Positions 39,147 to 48,930 of a stretch of DNA of 64,000 bases are shown piece by piece. Source of the stretch: Nanobdellota archaeon (lineage in GTDB: Archaea; Nanobdellota; Nanobdellia; Woesearchaeales; GW2011-AR4); assembly GCA_038046385.1 (NCBI GenBank), contig JBBSWH010000009.1:32001-96000 (forward strand). The letters are read 5' to 3'. The notes beneath the pieces were generated by a model. That model was not told the origin of the DNA and did not search any database. It saw only the letters and a list, made by a program, of their open reading frames with translations. The position numbers were made by a program, and so were the translations under genes. Position 1 is the stretch's first letter, and each line of letters opens with the position of its first letter.

Positions 39147-40138
39147 AACTTAAAGTTGCAGTTATCGGAGCAGGTGCAATGGGCAAGAACCATGCAAGAG
39201 TTTATTCTGAGATGAAGAATGTTGAGCTTGTTGCAGTATGCGATTCCAGCAAAGAAGTTGGCGGGCAGATTGCAGCGCTTTACGGCGCAAAATACTATTC
39301 TGATTACAAAGATATGCTTGCAAAAGAGAAGCTTGACGCGGTTTCAATCTGCGTTCCGACAAAATTTCACCGTGAAGTTTCTATTGCAGTTATCAAAAAG
39401 AAAATAAATGTGCTTGTTGAAAAGCCGATTGCGACTACTGTTTCGGAAGCAGAAGAAATAATTTCAGAAGCGCAGAAAAATAAAGTAAAACTAATGATTG
39501 GCCACATTGAGTGCTTTAATCCGGTTGTTGTTGAACTGAAAAGAAGAATTGCCGGGGGAGAGCTTGGCAAGATATACAAAGTCCATTGCAACAGGATGGG
39601 GCCTTCTGTTCAGAGAATTTATGATGTTGGCGTTATCATAGACATTGCAATCCATGAGATTTACATTCTGAAGTACCTTATTGACTCTGATGTCAAGAGA
39701 GTTTATGCAGAGACAGAAAGGAAGATACACTCAACACACGAAGATTTGCTTATAGGGACAATACGATTCAGCAACGATGTGCTTGGTGTTATCAATGCAA
39801 ACTGGATTACGCCTAGGAAGTTCAGGGAGATAACGGTTACAGGCGAGAAAGGAATGTTTGTTGCCAATTATCTGACCCAGGATCTTGATTTTTATGAGAA
39901 CGATTTTGTCAAGAAAAATATTGACTACAAAAGCCACACAATGCTTGTGATGGAAGGAAAGAAAATTCCTATTGATGTGAAGAAAAGCGAGCCACTTCGC
40001 AATGAGCTTGATGCTTTTGTTGACTGTGTTTTAAACGACAAAAAAGTGCCTGTAACTGGCAATGAAGGGCTTGAAGCTTTGCGTGTTGCGCAGAAGTTCC
40101 TTGAGTCATCTAAACAGAATAAAGTGATGGAATTATGA
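39143..40138 (+). CDS. Gfo/Idh/MocA oxidoreductase (WbpB-like UDP-sugar 3-dehydrogenase)
   Basis: VIGAGAMGKNH, VEKP and DIAIHE motifs. Lies in an operon with the WbpD- and WbpE-like genes. Confidence 0.85.
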   Translation: MKLKVAVIGAGAMGKNHARVYSEMKNVELVAVCDSSKEVGGQIAALYGAKYYSDYKDMLAKEKLDAVSICVPTKFHREVSIAVIKKKINVLVEKPIATTVSEAEEIISEAQKNKVKLMIGHIECFNPVVVELKRRIAGGELGKIYKVHCNRMGPSVQRIYDVGVIIDIAIHEIYILKYLIDSDVKRVYAETERKIHSTHEDLLIGTIRFSNDVLGVINANWITPRKFREITVTGEKGMFVANYLTQDLDFYENDFVKKNIDYKSHTMLVMEGKKIPIDVKKSEPLRNELDAFVDCVLNDKKVPVTGNEGLEALRVAQKFLESSKQNKVMEL

Positions 40139-41313
40139 AAATAAGCGTTTCCGGCTTGGGAAAGGCAGGATTGCCATTGGCTGCGGTTATTGCAGATGCA
40201 GGAATTGATGTTATCGGAATAGATGTTGATGTTAAAAGGGTTGCCGACATTAACAATGGAGTTAATCCAATACCGGAAGAAACCGGATTATCTTCTTTAA
40301 TTAAGAAATACGGCGGGAAGAGATTAAAGGCAACTACAAATGCTGCCGATGCTGTAAAGGAAACTTCTGCCCATATTGTGATTGTTCCTTTGTTTATTGA
40401 TTCCGCGAAGAAATGCGATTTTTCTTTGTTACAGAAGGCTTTTACTGATATTGGAAACTCTCTTAAGAAGAATGATGTTGTTGTGCTTGAAACAACTGTT
40501 CCGGTTGGGACAACAGAGACTTTTGTGAAAGGGATACTTGAGAAAGAGTCTGGACTTAAATGTGGTTCTGATTTTTACCTTGCATATTCTCCTGAGAGGA
40601 TAATGACGGGATATTCTATTTCACGCTTTAAGGAATTTCCAAAATTGGTTGGAGGGGTTGATGCTAAAAGTTCGCAAAAGGCATTTGAAGTTTATTCAAA
40701 GTTTGCAAACCCTGTCAAGGTTAGTAATTCAAGAACAGCAGAGCTTGCGAAAGTATCTGAAGGCGTTTATCGCGATGTCAATATTGCTTTAGCCAATGAA
40801 TTGCTTAAAGTTGCTGAACATTATTCAATAGACTTCTGGGAGATGAAAGAGGCTGCAAATCACCAGTTTTGCAACATACACGAGCCAGGGAATGTCGGAG
40901 GGCATTGTATTCCAGTCTATCCGTGGTTTTTAATTAATTCACTTGATGTTCCACTGATTAAAGTTGCACGCAAACTGAATGATGATATGATTGAATTCTA
41001 TGCTGGCAAGGTTGCTGCAATTGGTGGGAAGAAAGTCGGAGTGATTGGACTAAGCTACAGGGAAGGCGTCAAGGAAAAGGCATATTCACGCTCTGTTGAC
41101 ATGATTAAACTGCTTCAGAAGAAAGGATATGATGTTTATGGGTATGATCTGCTTTATTCTGCAGAAGAAACTTTGAAAGAGTTCGGCTGCAAGTATCTTG
41201 ATGACTTTGGAAAGATGGATGTTTTGATACTGATGAACAAGGAAGTTTCTTTGAAAAGCAAATTACTTAAGATGAAGGATAAGGTTGTTGATGTGAAGAA
41301 TGTTTTAAGATGA
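40135..41313 (+). CDS. Nucleotide-sugar dehydrogenase (WbpA-like)
   Basis: GLGKAGLP, LETTVPVG, YSPER and VGGHCIPVYP motifs. Confidence 0.9.
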   Translation: MKISVSGLGKAGLPLAAVIADAGIDVIGIDVDVKRVADINNGVNPIPEETGLSSLIKKYGGKRLKATTNAADAVKETSAHIVIVPLFIDSAKKCDFSLLQKAFTDIGNSLKKNDVVVLETTVPVGTTETFVKGILEKESGLKCGSDFYLAYSPERIMTGYSISRFKEFPKLVGGVDAKSSQKAFEVYSKFANPVKVSNSRTAELAKVSEGVYRDVNIALANELLKVAEHYSIDFWEMKEAANHQFCNIHEPGNVGGHCIPVYPWFLINSLDVPLIKVARKLNDDMIEFYAGKVAAIGGKKVGVIGLSYREGVKEKAYSRSVDMIKLLQKKGYDVYGYDLLYSAEETLKEFGCKYLDDFGKMDVLILMNKEVSLKSKLLKMKDKVVDVKNVLR

Positions 41314-41317
41314 AACA

Positions 41318-43072
41318 TTAATCAATAAGTTTACGATAAGCTTCATTTATTTTTCTAAATCTACTATCTGCCAAAATTTGAAATTGTTTATCTAAGTGGT
41401 TTACTTTATCTGGGTGATTTAAGCTAGCCAATTTTTTATAAGCAGATGTAATCTCTTCTTTGCTAGAATTTTTTAGAATTCCTAAAATTTCGAAAGGGTC
41501 GGTTATGGAATTACCTCCTAGTTCTTCTATATGCGGTTGATGAATACCTAATATTTTTAATTCTTCAATTCCCGATTTCCAATTCATATGTTGACTTTTT
41601 TTGTGCAATTTTTCGTGTTGTTTATGAGTTATAATTGCTAAATTAGATAAATCATAATTTGAAATATCTTTATCTACGTGGTGCACAACCAAGTCCTCAA
41701 AACTTTTTCCAGGATAATGCTTGTTAAACCACCTGGAGTAAAAGTCAAATATTTCTTTTTTTGCTAGATATTTATGAATTTCAGTATCTGTTTTTACTGT
41801 ATATATCCCATTTTCATCTTTGTTAACAAAACAGGGATAATATGCATTCTTTATATTTGGATTTCTCCATTCCCAAAAACCTCTAGTAGGACTAGGCCTT
41901 GGTACAGTCAAATCTTTAATTTTTTCTTTAGATTCCAACAATTCTTTTTCCCGTTCAGCAATATCTTTTCTTTCAGATTCTATTTTTTCTTTCATTTCTT
42001 GTGTCTTATCTAAATTACTCCTTGCTTCGGTTAACATACTTTTTGAATCAGATAGTTGTCTTTTTTTATCTTCTAAAGCCTCCTCCTGAAATTTAATATT
42101 TTGAACCAATATGTTTTGTTTTTTTACTAATTCGTTATGGGATTTCTCGTGACGTTTTTTTGCATCTTCATATTCTTTTTTTGCAGCTTCTCTAGCTTTC
42201 TTTCTTTGTATTGCTTCTCTTTCCATCCATCTTTTTTTATTTTTATAGTTGTACAACCATATTAAGGATATTATGAGAATAATAAGAAGTACCACAAAAG
42301 CAATACCTAATATTGTTTTAGTTCTTTCTCGTTTTATTTTTTCTGCCTCAATCTGTGTTGGAGACTTAGCACACCTACCACTATCATCGGTAAAATTAGT
42401 TTTACATTCAATAGGGCCACAAAATGGGATATCTCCTTCAGGCAGATTATTGTATACACATCTATTATTTTTACATTGAATCATATCCCATCTTTCACAT
42501 CTACAATTATCTAAATAACATTCTGGTTTATTGTTGCAGATTTTCTCAACACAAAACCCCCCACCACACTCCTCTTTTGTGGAACATTCAGCACCATCAT
42601 CTAGACAAGATACACCATTGCATACTTTACATACATCCCTTTTTTTTGTTACATTTATTTCTTTAGGAACCAAAAATTTTGGTTCGGATAGATAATAAGT
42701 GATATTATCTTTTTTTATGCTACATTCTCCATAAACATTATCTTTAAAACATATTTCATTTATTTTATCATAATCTTTAGCTTTAATTCTTGATGAAGAA
42801 GTTGATACATCAGAAATAAAACCTTCTATACTATAAGTAATAAATGCTTTTATTTCGTATGGATTAGGGTTAAACACCGTAAAAATGCTTTTATTATTCA
42901 CACTTATAAAATCTGAAAATACCAATGCGTCTGCAATCTTTACTGAAGAATCTTGATACGTTAGTGCTATCTCTAGTTGTTGATATTCTTCTTGTAGATT
43001 ATATTGACAAGCAAAAGAACCAGTTGATAAAAGTAACAGTATCAACAAACCAATAATTATCAGTTTACTCAT
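41318..43072 (-). CDS. Membrane-anchored multidomain protein: signal peptide, Cys-rich ectodomain, TM helix, coiled coil, HNH nuclease and C-terminal J-domain
   Basis: MSKLIIIGLLILLLLSTGSFA signal; Cys cluster; ILGIAFVVLLIILIISLIWLY TM; VHHVDKDISNYDLSNL...HEKLH HNH motif; DPFEILG...AYKKLA..NHPDKV...F..INEAY J-domain. Confidence 0.8.
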   Translation of the reverse strand: MSKLIIIGLLILLLLSTGSFACQYNLQEEYQQLEIALTYQDSSVKIADALVFSDFISVNNKSIFTVFNPNPYEIKAFITYSIEGFISDVSTSSSRIKAKDYDKINEICFKDNVYGECSIKKDNITYYLSEPKFLVPKEINVTKKRDVCKVCNGVSCLDDGAECSTKEECGGGFCVEKICNNKPECYLDNCRCERWDMIQCKNNRCVYNNLPEGDIPFCGPIECKTNFTDDSGRCAKSPTQIEAEKIKRERTKTILGIAFVVLLIILIISLIWLYNYKNKKRWMEREAIQRKKAREAAKKEYEDAKKRHEKSHNELVKKQNILVQNIKFQEEALEDKKRQLSDSKSMLTEARSNLDKTQEMKEKIESERKDIAEREKELLESKEKIKDLTVPRPSPTRGFWEWRNPNIKNAYYPCFVNKDENGIYTVKTDTEIHKYLAKKEIFDFYSRWFNKHYPGKSFEDLVVHHVDKDISNYDLSNLAIITHKQHEKLHKKSQHMNWKSGIEELKILGIHQPHIEELGGNSITDPFEILGILKNSSKEEITSAYKKLASLNHPDKVNHLDKQFQILADSRFRKINEAYRKLID

Positions 43073-43178
43073 TATTATTCATAACCCCCAACACCAAATC
43101 TCGATAAACACTATTTAAACTTTGCCAATAGAACCTCCTTCCATAAGCTTTTTAAAGCATTAAATAGAGCGTTATTAT

Positions 43179-44132
43179 ATGAAAATAAAGGGAAAGAAGC
43201 TGTTCATCACAGGCGGAGCTGGATTCATTGCAAGCCATTTAATCGAACGCTTGATAGATGACAATGAAATCATCGTTTACGACACGATGCACAGGAATGC
43301 GCTGCAATACACTGACCTTCAAAAGCACAAGAATCTCAAGATAATAAAAGGCGATGTTCTGGATCAAGAGCAATTAGAAAAGTCATTAGGAAATTCTGAT
43401 ACTGTTATCCACATGGCGTCAATTGCAGGAGTTTCAACTGTTGTCGAGCATCCAGCCTTGACATTAAAGATAAACTTGATTGGAACTTATAATCTTCTCG
43501 AGGCGTGCAGGAAAAAAGGAATAAAAAGGTTCATTTCATTCTCCACAAGCGAAGTTTACGGCCCAAATATATACCAGGCTGATGAAAACGGATTTACAAC
43601 AATAGGCGCAGTAGGCCAGCCAAGATGGACATATGCCATGTCAAAATTGGCAGGCGAGTTTATGGCTTACAGCTACTTCAAGGAGCACGGGATAAGGTTT
43701 ACAAGCTTAAGGCCGTTTAATGTCTATGGCCCAAGGCAGGTTGGGGAAGGCGCAATCCACAATTTCATTGTTAAAGCCGTAAATGGTGAGCCATTGACAG
43801 TCCACGAGCCTGGCTCGCAAGTAAGGTCATGGTGCTACATAACGGATATGGTAGATGCAATAGAATCAGTTTTGACAACAAAAGAATCTGAAGGGGAAGT
43901 TTTCAACATAGGAACGCCGCAGGCGACTTCAACAACGCTGCAGACAGCTGAAACTGTTATAAGGCTTGCAAATTCAAAATCAAAGATAGAATTCAAGGAG
44001 ATAAAATACCCTGATGTTGAGATAAGGGTTCCAAGCATAAAGAAGGCAGAAAGAATTCTCAATTTTAAGCCAAAAGTGGGCTTTGAAGAAGGCATAAAGA
44101 ATACAATCGAGTGGTATAAAAAGCAAAAATGA
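43179..44132 (+). CDS. NAD-dependent epimerase/dehydratase (UDP-glucuronate decarboxylase-like SDR)
   Basis: TGGAGFIAS, FSTSEVYG, RWTYAMSK and RPFNVYGP motifs. Confidence 0.88.
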   Translation: MKIKGKKLFITGGAGFIASHLIERLIDDNEIIVYDTMHRNALQYTDLQKHKNLKIIKGDVLDQEQLEKSLGNSDTVIHMASIAGVSTVVEHPALTLKINLIGTYNLLEACRKKGIKRFISFSTSEVYGPNIYQADENGFTTIGAVGQPRWTYAMSKLAGEFMAYSYFKEHGIRFTSLRPFNVYGPRQVGEGAIHNFIVKAVNGEPLTVHEPGSQVRSWCYITDMVDAIESVLTTKESEGEVFNIGTPQATSTTLQTAETVIRLANSKSKIEFKEIKYPDVEIRVPSIKKAERILNFKPKVGFEEGIKNTIEWYKKQK

Positions 44133-45034
44133 AAATATTGCTTACCGGCGCATCAGGCTTCATCGGAAAAAATTTCCTTGAGCTTGCGCCAAAAGATCTA
44201 GAAATTGTTGCAGTTTACAATAATTCTAAAGATGTTGAAAATTTTGTAAAAGAAAAGAAGCTAAGCAACGTAACGCTGCACAAATGCGACTTAAACAATG
44301 AAGATGAAGTAAAACATCTTTTCAAGAAGCACGGGCATTTTGACAACTGCATTTATTTAGCTGGAAATGTCAACATACCTTTGTCGATAAAAGAGCCGAT
44401 GAAAGATTTGAATGCGAATGTATTTGCCTTAATTAATTTCCTCAAAAATTCTGATATTGACAGGATAATCTATATGTCATCTGCAGCTGTTTACGAGGGC
44501 AATAGCGGAAAAGTAACGGTTTCAACACCGTTGAATCCGCATGTGCCTTATAGCATCTCGAAGCTGCTTGGGGAGCAGTGTGTCATTGCATTCTGCAACA
44601 CAAAAAAAATAAAGAATTATGCTATAATAAGATTTGGGGGAGCATTCGGAAAGTATTCGGAGCATAAGTTCATGACACAATTAGCAAGGCAATTACTGCA
44701 AGGCAGCAAAACAATAGAAGTTTACGGCGATGGCACAAACATAATCAATGTGATGTATGCCAAAGACACAATAAATGCCCTGATAAAATGCCTGAAGAGC
44801 AGAAAAATAAATAATATATCCAACCTCGGGCAGGATAACATGACAATAGCCCAAACAGTAAAAAGGACAGCAAAGGCTTTGAACAAAAAAATAAAAATAA
44901 CTTATACAGAAAAAAGAAAAGACCAGAAATACATATCATTCAGCACAGACAACAGCTTCAACAAAATCTTTAATTTTAAGCCAAAGTATTCTTTTGAAGA
45001 GGGAATAAAAGAATTTGCATCGACACTAAAATGA
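44129..45034 (+). CDS. NAD-dependent epimerase/reductase (extended SDR)
   Basis: TGASGFIG, SSAAVY and catalytic YSISK motifs. Confidence 0.85.
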   Translation: MKILLTGASGFIGKNFLELAPKDLEIVAVYNNSKDVENFVKEKKLSNVTLHKCDLNNEDEVKHLFKKHGHFDNCIYLAGNVNIPLSIKEPMKDLNANVFALINFLKNSDIDRIIYMSSAAVYEGNSGKVTVSTPLNPHVPYSISKLLGEQCVIAFCNTKKIKNYAIIRFGGAFGKYSEHKFMTQLARQLLQGSKTIEVYGDGTNIINVMYAKDTINALIKCLKSRKINNISNLGQDNMTIAQTVKRTAKALNKKIKITYTEKRKDQKYISFSTDNSFNKIFNFKPKYSFEEGIKEFASTLK

Positions 45035-45990
45035 AAATTAAAATATCTTTTGTGATTCTGTCATACAATGACTCAGACATGGCAATAAATGCCATACAAT
45101 CAATAAAAAAGCTGAAAACAAAATACAAATATGACATTTTTGTCGTTGACAACGGCTCAATAGGCGGCGCAAAATCAATAAAAAACAAATTCAAGGACGT
45201 AAAAGTAATTGAGCTAAAGGAAAATGCCGGGACAGCTGCATATGACTATGCCATAAAAAAATCAGATGCAAAGTACATATATTTTACCGGCTGCGACATT
45301 GAAGCAAAAGAAGACATGCTGGACAAACTTGTACATTTCCTAGAAAAAAACAATGACGCAGTGCAGGCGGCGCCAAAATATATAAGCATATACGATAAAA
45401 AGACAATCGATTTAGCAGGAACGTGGCTTTCAAGATCTTTTTATTCAGGAACTTTCAAGGACAATACTCTTGGAAGCAAGCCGGCTGAGATACCCTACAT
45501 TGGAACGGGACTGATAAGGAAGGATTTTATTGACAGATGGGGATATTTATTTGATAATGATTATTTTTTCTATGGGGAAGATGTTGATTTAGGATTAAGA
45601 ATAAGACTGATGGGCTACAAAGTCTATTACATACCAGATTCAATTGTTTACCATGCAGGATCAATGTCAAGAAGAGTGCATAAACCATCATACCTTACCT
45701 TTTTGATGGAAAGAAACCTTATGAGGACATTTTACCAGACAATGTCAGTCAAAAGCATAATGAAATTTAAGATATACGGCCTGCTGATGCGGATTATTGC
45801 AATAATAAAAGACATTTTGACATTAAATATAGGAAATGCATTTGCAAGGTTAAAGGCAATTCTTTGGATGATATTTAACATCGTTAAAGTATTCAGAAAA
45901 AGAAATGAAGTGCAGAAGATGAGAAAAGTTAAAGACGAAGAACTGCTGAAGCATTTCAGCGAAAAGCACTTATGGAGCAGAATTATATAA
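45031..45990 (+). CDS. GT2 glycosyltransferase
   Basis: VILSYN, VVDNGS and FD.DYFFYGEDVDLGLR motifs. Confidence 0.88.
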   Translation: MKIKISFVILSYNDSDMAINAIQSIKKLKTKYKYDIFVVDNGSIGGAKSIKNKFKDVKVIELKENAGTAAYDYAIKKSDAKYIYFTGCDIEAKEDMLDKLVHFLEKNNDAVQAAPKYISIYDKKTIDLAGTWLSRSFYSGTFKDNTLGSKPAEIPYIGTGLIRKDFIDRWGYLFDNDYFFYGEDVDLGLRIRLMGYKVYYIPDSIVYHAGSMSRRVHKPSYLTFLMERNLMRTFYQTMSVKSIMKFKIYGLLMRIIAIIKDILTLNIGNAFARLKAILWMIFNIVKVFRKRNEVQKMRKVKDEELLKHFSEKHLWSRII

Positions 45991-46000
45991 AAAAATCAAA

Positions 46001-47440
46001 ATGAAAAAAACTCCAATTTACAAAAACAAAAAACTATTGCTGGCGTTAATAGTTTTATTTGGGATTATCTTGAGGCTTGCATTCTTTACAGGCATGGCAA
46101 TATCAGATTCGCTGGCATACAGCAAGGCTGCAAACGACATAAATCTCGGAAAAGGGATTGACCAGGGAAGCACTTTAACTTTGTCTACGAGAATTGGAAT
46201 AGTCTATGCAACAGCTTTATCTTACAGGATTTTCGGAATCAGTGATTTTTCATCTGTATTTTTTGTATTGCTCAGCTCGATAGGGGGAATCATACTGATT
46301 TATTATTTTGGAAAGCTATTGTTTAATGAGAATATAGGATTAATAGCAGCTTTCCTGCTGTCTTTTTTCCCGCTGGATGCTGTTTATTCTACACAGGTTG
46401 TTTCAGACATTCCATCAGCATTTTTTATGTCTCTTGGAGTTTATGTTTTCCTGTACAATGAGATAAAAAACAAATCCGGATGCCTGAATTACCTGCTATC
46501 CGGATTATTCATAGGGATTGGATATTTAATAAGGGAAAGCGCACTGCTTATTGCACTGTTCTTCATTGCTTATATCATCTACAGCAGAAAAATAAAGCTC
46601 CAGTATCTCATGGTTCCGCTCGGAGTCTTGATTGTGCTGGCATTTGAAATGCTTGTTTTCTTTAATCTTACCGGAGATCCTTTCTTCAGGTTTACAGCAT
46701 CGCAAAATTACCTTAAGGAAGCTTCTGCATTGCACAATTACTTCGGAAGGCTAGATTTTCCTGCAGGATTATTCCATTATCCGTGGATGTTCCTCACAAA
46801 CGGGCTTTTGTCAGGATTTTATACCCTGGCTTTTATTGCTGCATTATATTTTCTGATTAAGAGGAAAAAGAAAACATATTTTCTTTTGCTTTGGTTTATT
46901 TCTTTGCTTACCTACTTAAGCTTCGGCTCCGGCAGCCTGACATCATACATACCATTCCGCGCTGTTGACAGGTACACAATGATAGCAACAGTTCCTGCAT
47001 TGCTTTTGGTTGCAGTGTTCCTAAAAGAAAACAGATTTATTGAAAATAAAAAATTAATGCTTTTTGTTATTGGACTTTTGTTGCTATTATCAGTCTTTGC
47101 AATACACCTGCACGACAACAGAAACCAGCTCGGAAGATTAAGGGAGCTTAGTTTAGAAATCTCAGGATTTCAAAAGCCAATTTACATTGATGAAAGGTCT
47201 GTGCTTGCGCTGGGCTACATATCCAGCTTTAAAAGCAGCCTTGATTTAAGGCAATATCCGGATGACATGTCAAAAATAAGCAGTTCTTATGCAATAATAA
47301 ATGCGGAAATGATAAGAAACATCAGGGAGGCAAACCCAACAATAATTTTTCCAAAAGAAACGGAAAGCATACCTCTGAACTGGCAATTGGCAAAAGAAAT
47401 TGGAACAAAGGAAAAAATATCCATTTATGAGATAAAATGA
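46001..47440 (+). CDS. GT39/ArnT-like GT-C membrane glycosyltransferase
   Basis: LRL......SDSLAY, P...YST.V.SD.P, LIRES and RY motifs. Confidence 0.8.
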   Translation: MKKTPIYKNKKLLLALIVLFGIILRLAFFTGMAISDSLAYSKAANDINLGKGIDQGSTLTLSTRIGIVYATALSYRIFGISDFSSVFFVLLSSIGGIILIYYFGKLLFNENIGLIAAFLLSFFPLDAVYSTQVVSDIPSAFFMSLGVYVFLYNEIKNKSGCLNYLLSGLFIGIGYLIRESALLIALFFIAYIIYSRKIKLQYLMVPLGVLIVLAFEMLVFFNLTGDPFFRFTASQNYLKEASALHNYFGRLDFPAGLFHYPWMFLTNGLLSGFYTLAFIAALYFLIKRKKKTYFLLLWFISLLTYLSFGSGSLTSYIPFRAVDRYTMIATVPALLLVAVFLKENRFIENKKLMLFVIGLLLLLSVFAIHLHDNRNQLGRLRELSLEISGFQKPIYIDERSVLALGYISSFKSSLDLRQYPDDMSKISSSYAIINAEMIRNIREANPTIIFPKETESIPLNWQLAKEIGTKEKISIYEIK

Positions 47441-48930
47441 ACTACACCAAACTGGCAGTAAGGGGGGCGGCAATAGTATTTGCAACTTCAATAGTGGCTG
47501 CATTTTTAGGATATCTCGTAAGGCTTGTGATGGTAAGGAACTTAAGCCTTGAGGATGTCGGTCTATTTTATTCTATTTTCTCGTTTTTAAGCGTTCTTAA
47601 CGTCTTCAAGGCTCTTGGAGTCGATACCGCTCTTGTAAAGTTCATTCCGGAATTTTTAAGCAAGAAGAAGAATGATTATGCCAAATCATCTATTGTGTAT
47701 GCGACTGTAATCCAGCTGATAAACAATACGATAATACTCGGAAGCGTTTATTTTTTTTCCAGCTACCTTAGCGTGCATTATTTTCACAGCGAGAAAGCCG
47801 TAATTCTTCTAAGGTTGATGCTGGTTGCCTTCTATATAGACAGCCTTACACTGATATTGAAATACTCGTTCCAGGGATTCAAGGACATGATTAATTTCTC
47901 CGTGATAGATTTGGTAAGGATGATGCTGATAATCGCAGTGCTTTTGATAGGGTTTAAGCTCAATGCAGGAATATTAAGCCCGGCAATAGCATACATACTG
48001 GTTCCAATAATTCTTCTCATGATTTTTGGAAACATACTTTTCAGAAAAACATTCCCGCAGTTTTCAAAATCCAACCTAGTCAAAGATGCAAAGTTCTTCA
48101 GGGAGATGGTAAGGTACGGGATACATGTCATGGCAGTCAGCGTCGGAAACGTAATACTGGGAAACATCGATATCATGGTGCTCACATATTTTTCAGGATT
48201 GGCAAGCGTCGGTCTTTACAGTGTTGCCCTTCCAACAGGAAAGCTGCTGCTTTATCTTCCAAGAGCCATAGGGGGAATAATGCTTCCTTTGAGCGCAGAG
48301 CTGTGGGCAGAAAACAAGAAGCATATTCTTAAGGCAGGGATAGAGAAGCTTTACAAGTATTCCATTATAGCAATAGTGCCGCTGGTATTTGCAATTTTCT
48401 CATTTTCAGATTTTATTCTTAATATGTTCTTTGGCAGCGCATATGCTGCTGCAGGCATGGCATTGAAAATACTCGTAATAGGAATGATATTTGCAGCTAT
48501 TTACGGCATTAATATAAACTTCTTTGCTGCCATAGGCAAGCCGGAAATCAACAGCAAAATAATTTACAGCGCAGCTGTGTTTAACCTGATAGGAAACCTG
48601 ATTATGGTTCCTTTAATAGGGATAAAAGGGGCTGCAATTTCAACTTCCGTAAGCTACCTGATAATGATGGTAATCGGGCTTTTTTACATAAAAAAATACA
48701 TAAAAATAAAGCTTCCGTTTAGAAACTGGGCTATGTCCATTTTATCCGGAATGGCATTCATATTTGTAATATTCACATTAAAAAAATTGATGATGTTTAA
48801 TGTGTGGGTTGAGGCCGCATTGTCGCTGACAGCAGCATCGTTGGCTTATATTGCACTGCTTCTTCTTATTAAAGTCATAAGCATTGAAGAATTAAAGTCA
48901 GTATACGAAAGAATATTCAGGCAGTCATAG
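47437..48930 (+). CDS. Oligosaccharide flippase (Wzx/MOP family)
   Basis: About 14 TM helices, R.L..E..G.F, ID..VL......VGLYSVA and L.VP..G..GAAI motifs. Confidence 0.9.
   Translation: MNYTKLAVRGAAIVFATSIVAAFLGYLVRLVMVRNLSLEDVGLFYSIFSFLSVLNVFKALGVDTALVKFIPEFLSKKKNDYAKSSIVYATVIQLINNTIILGSVYFFSSYLSVHYFHSEKAVILLRLMLVAFYIDSLTLILKYSFQGFKDMINFSVIDLVRMMLIIAVLLIGFKLNAGILSPAIAYILVPIILLMIFGNILFRKTFPQFSKSNLVKDAKFFREMVRYGIHVMAVSVGNVILGNIDIMVLTYFSGLASVGLYSVALPTGKLLLYLPRAIGGIMLPLSAELWAENKKHILKAGIEKLYKYSIIAIVPLVFAIFSFSDFILNMFFGSAYAAAGMALKILVIGMIFAAIYGININFFAAIGKPEINSKIIYSAAVFNLIGNLIMVPLIGIKGAAISTSVSYLIMMVIGLFYIKKYIKIKLPFRNWAMSILSGMAFIFVIFTLKKLMMFNVWVEAALSLTAASLAYIALLLLIKVISIEELKSVYERIFRQS

Noticed and set aside
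41590-41720. HNH domain as a homing endonuclease within an intein or intron
   Set aside because: No intein splice motifs were seen around it, and it is in frame between the coiled coil and the J-domain of a single membrane protein.
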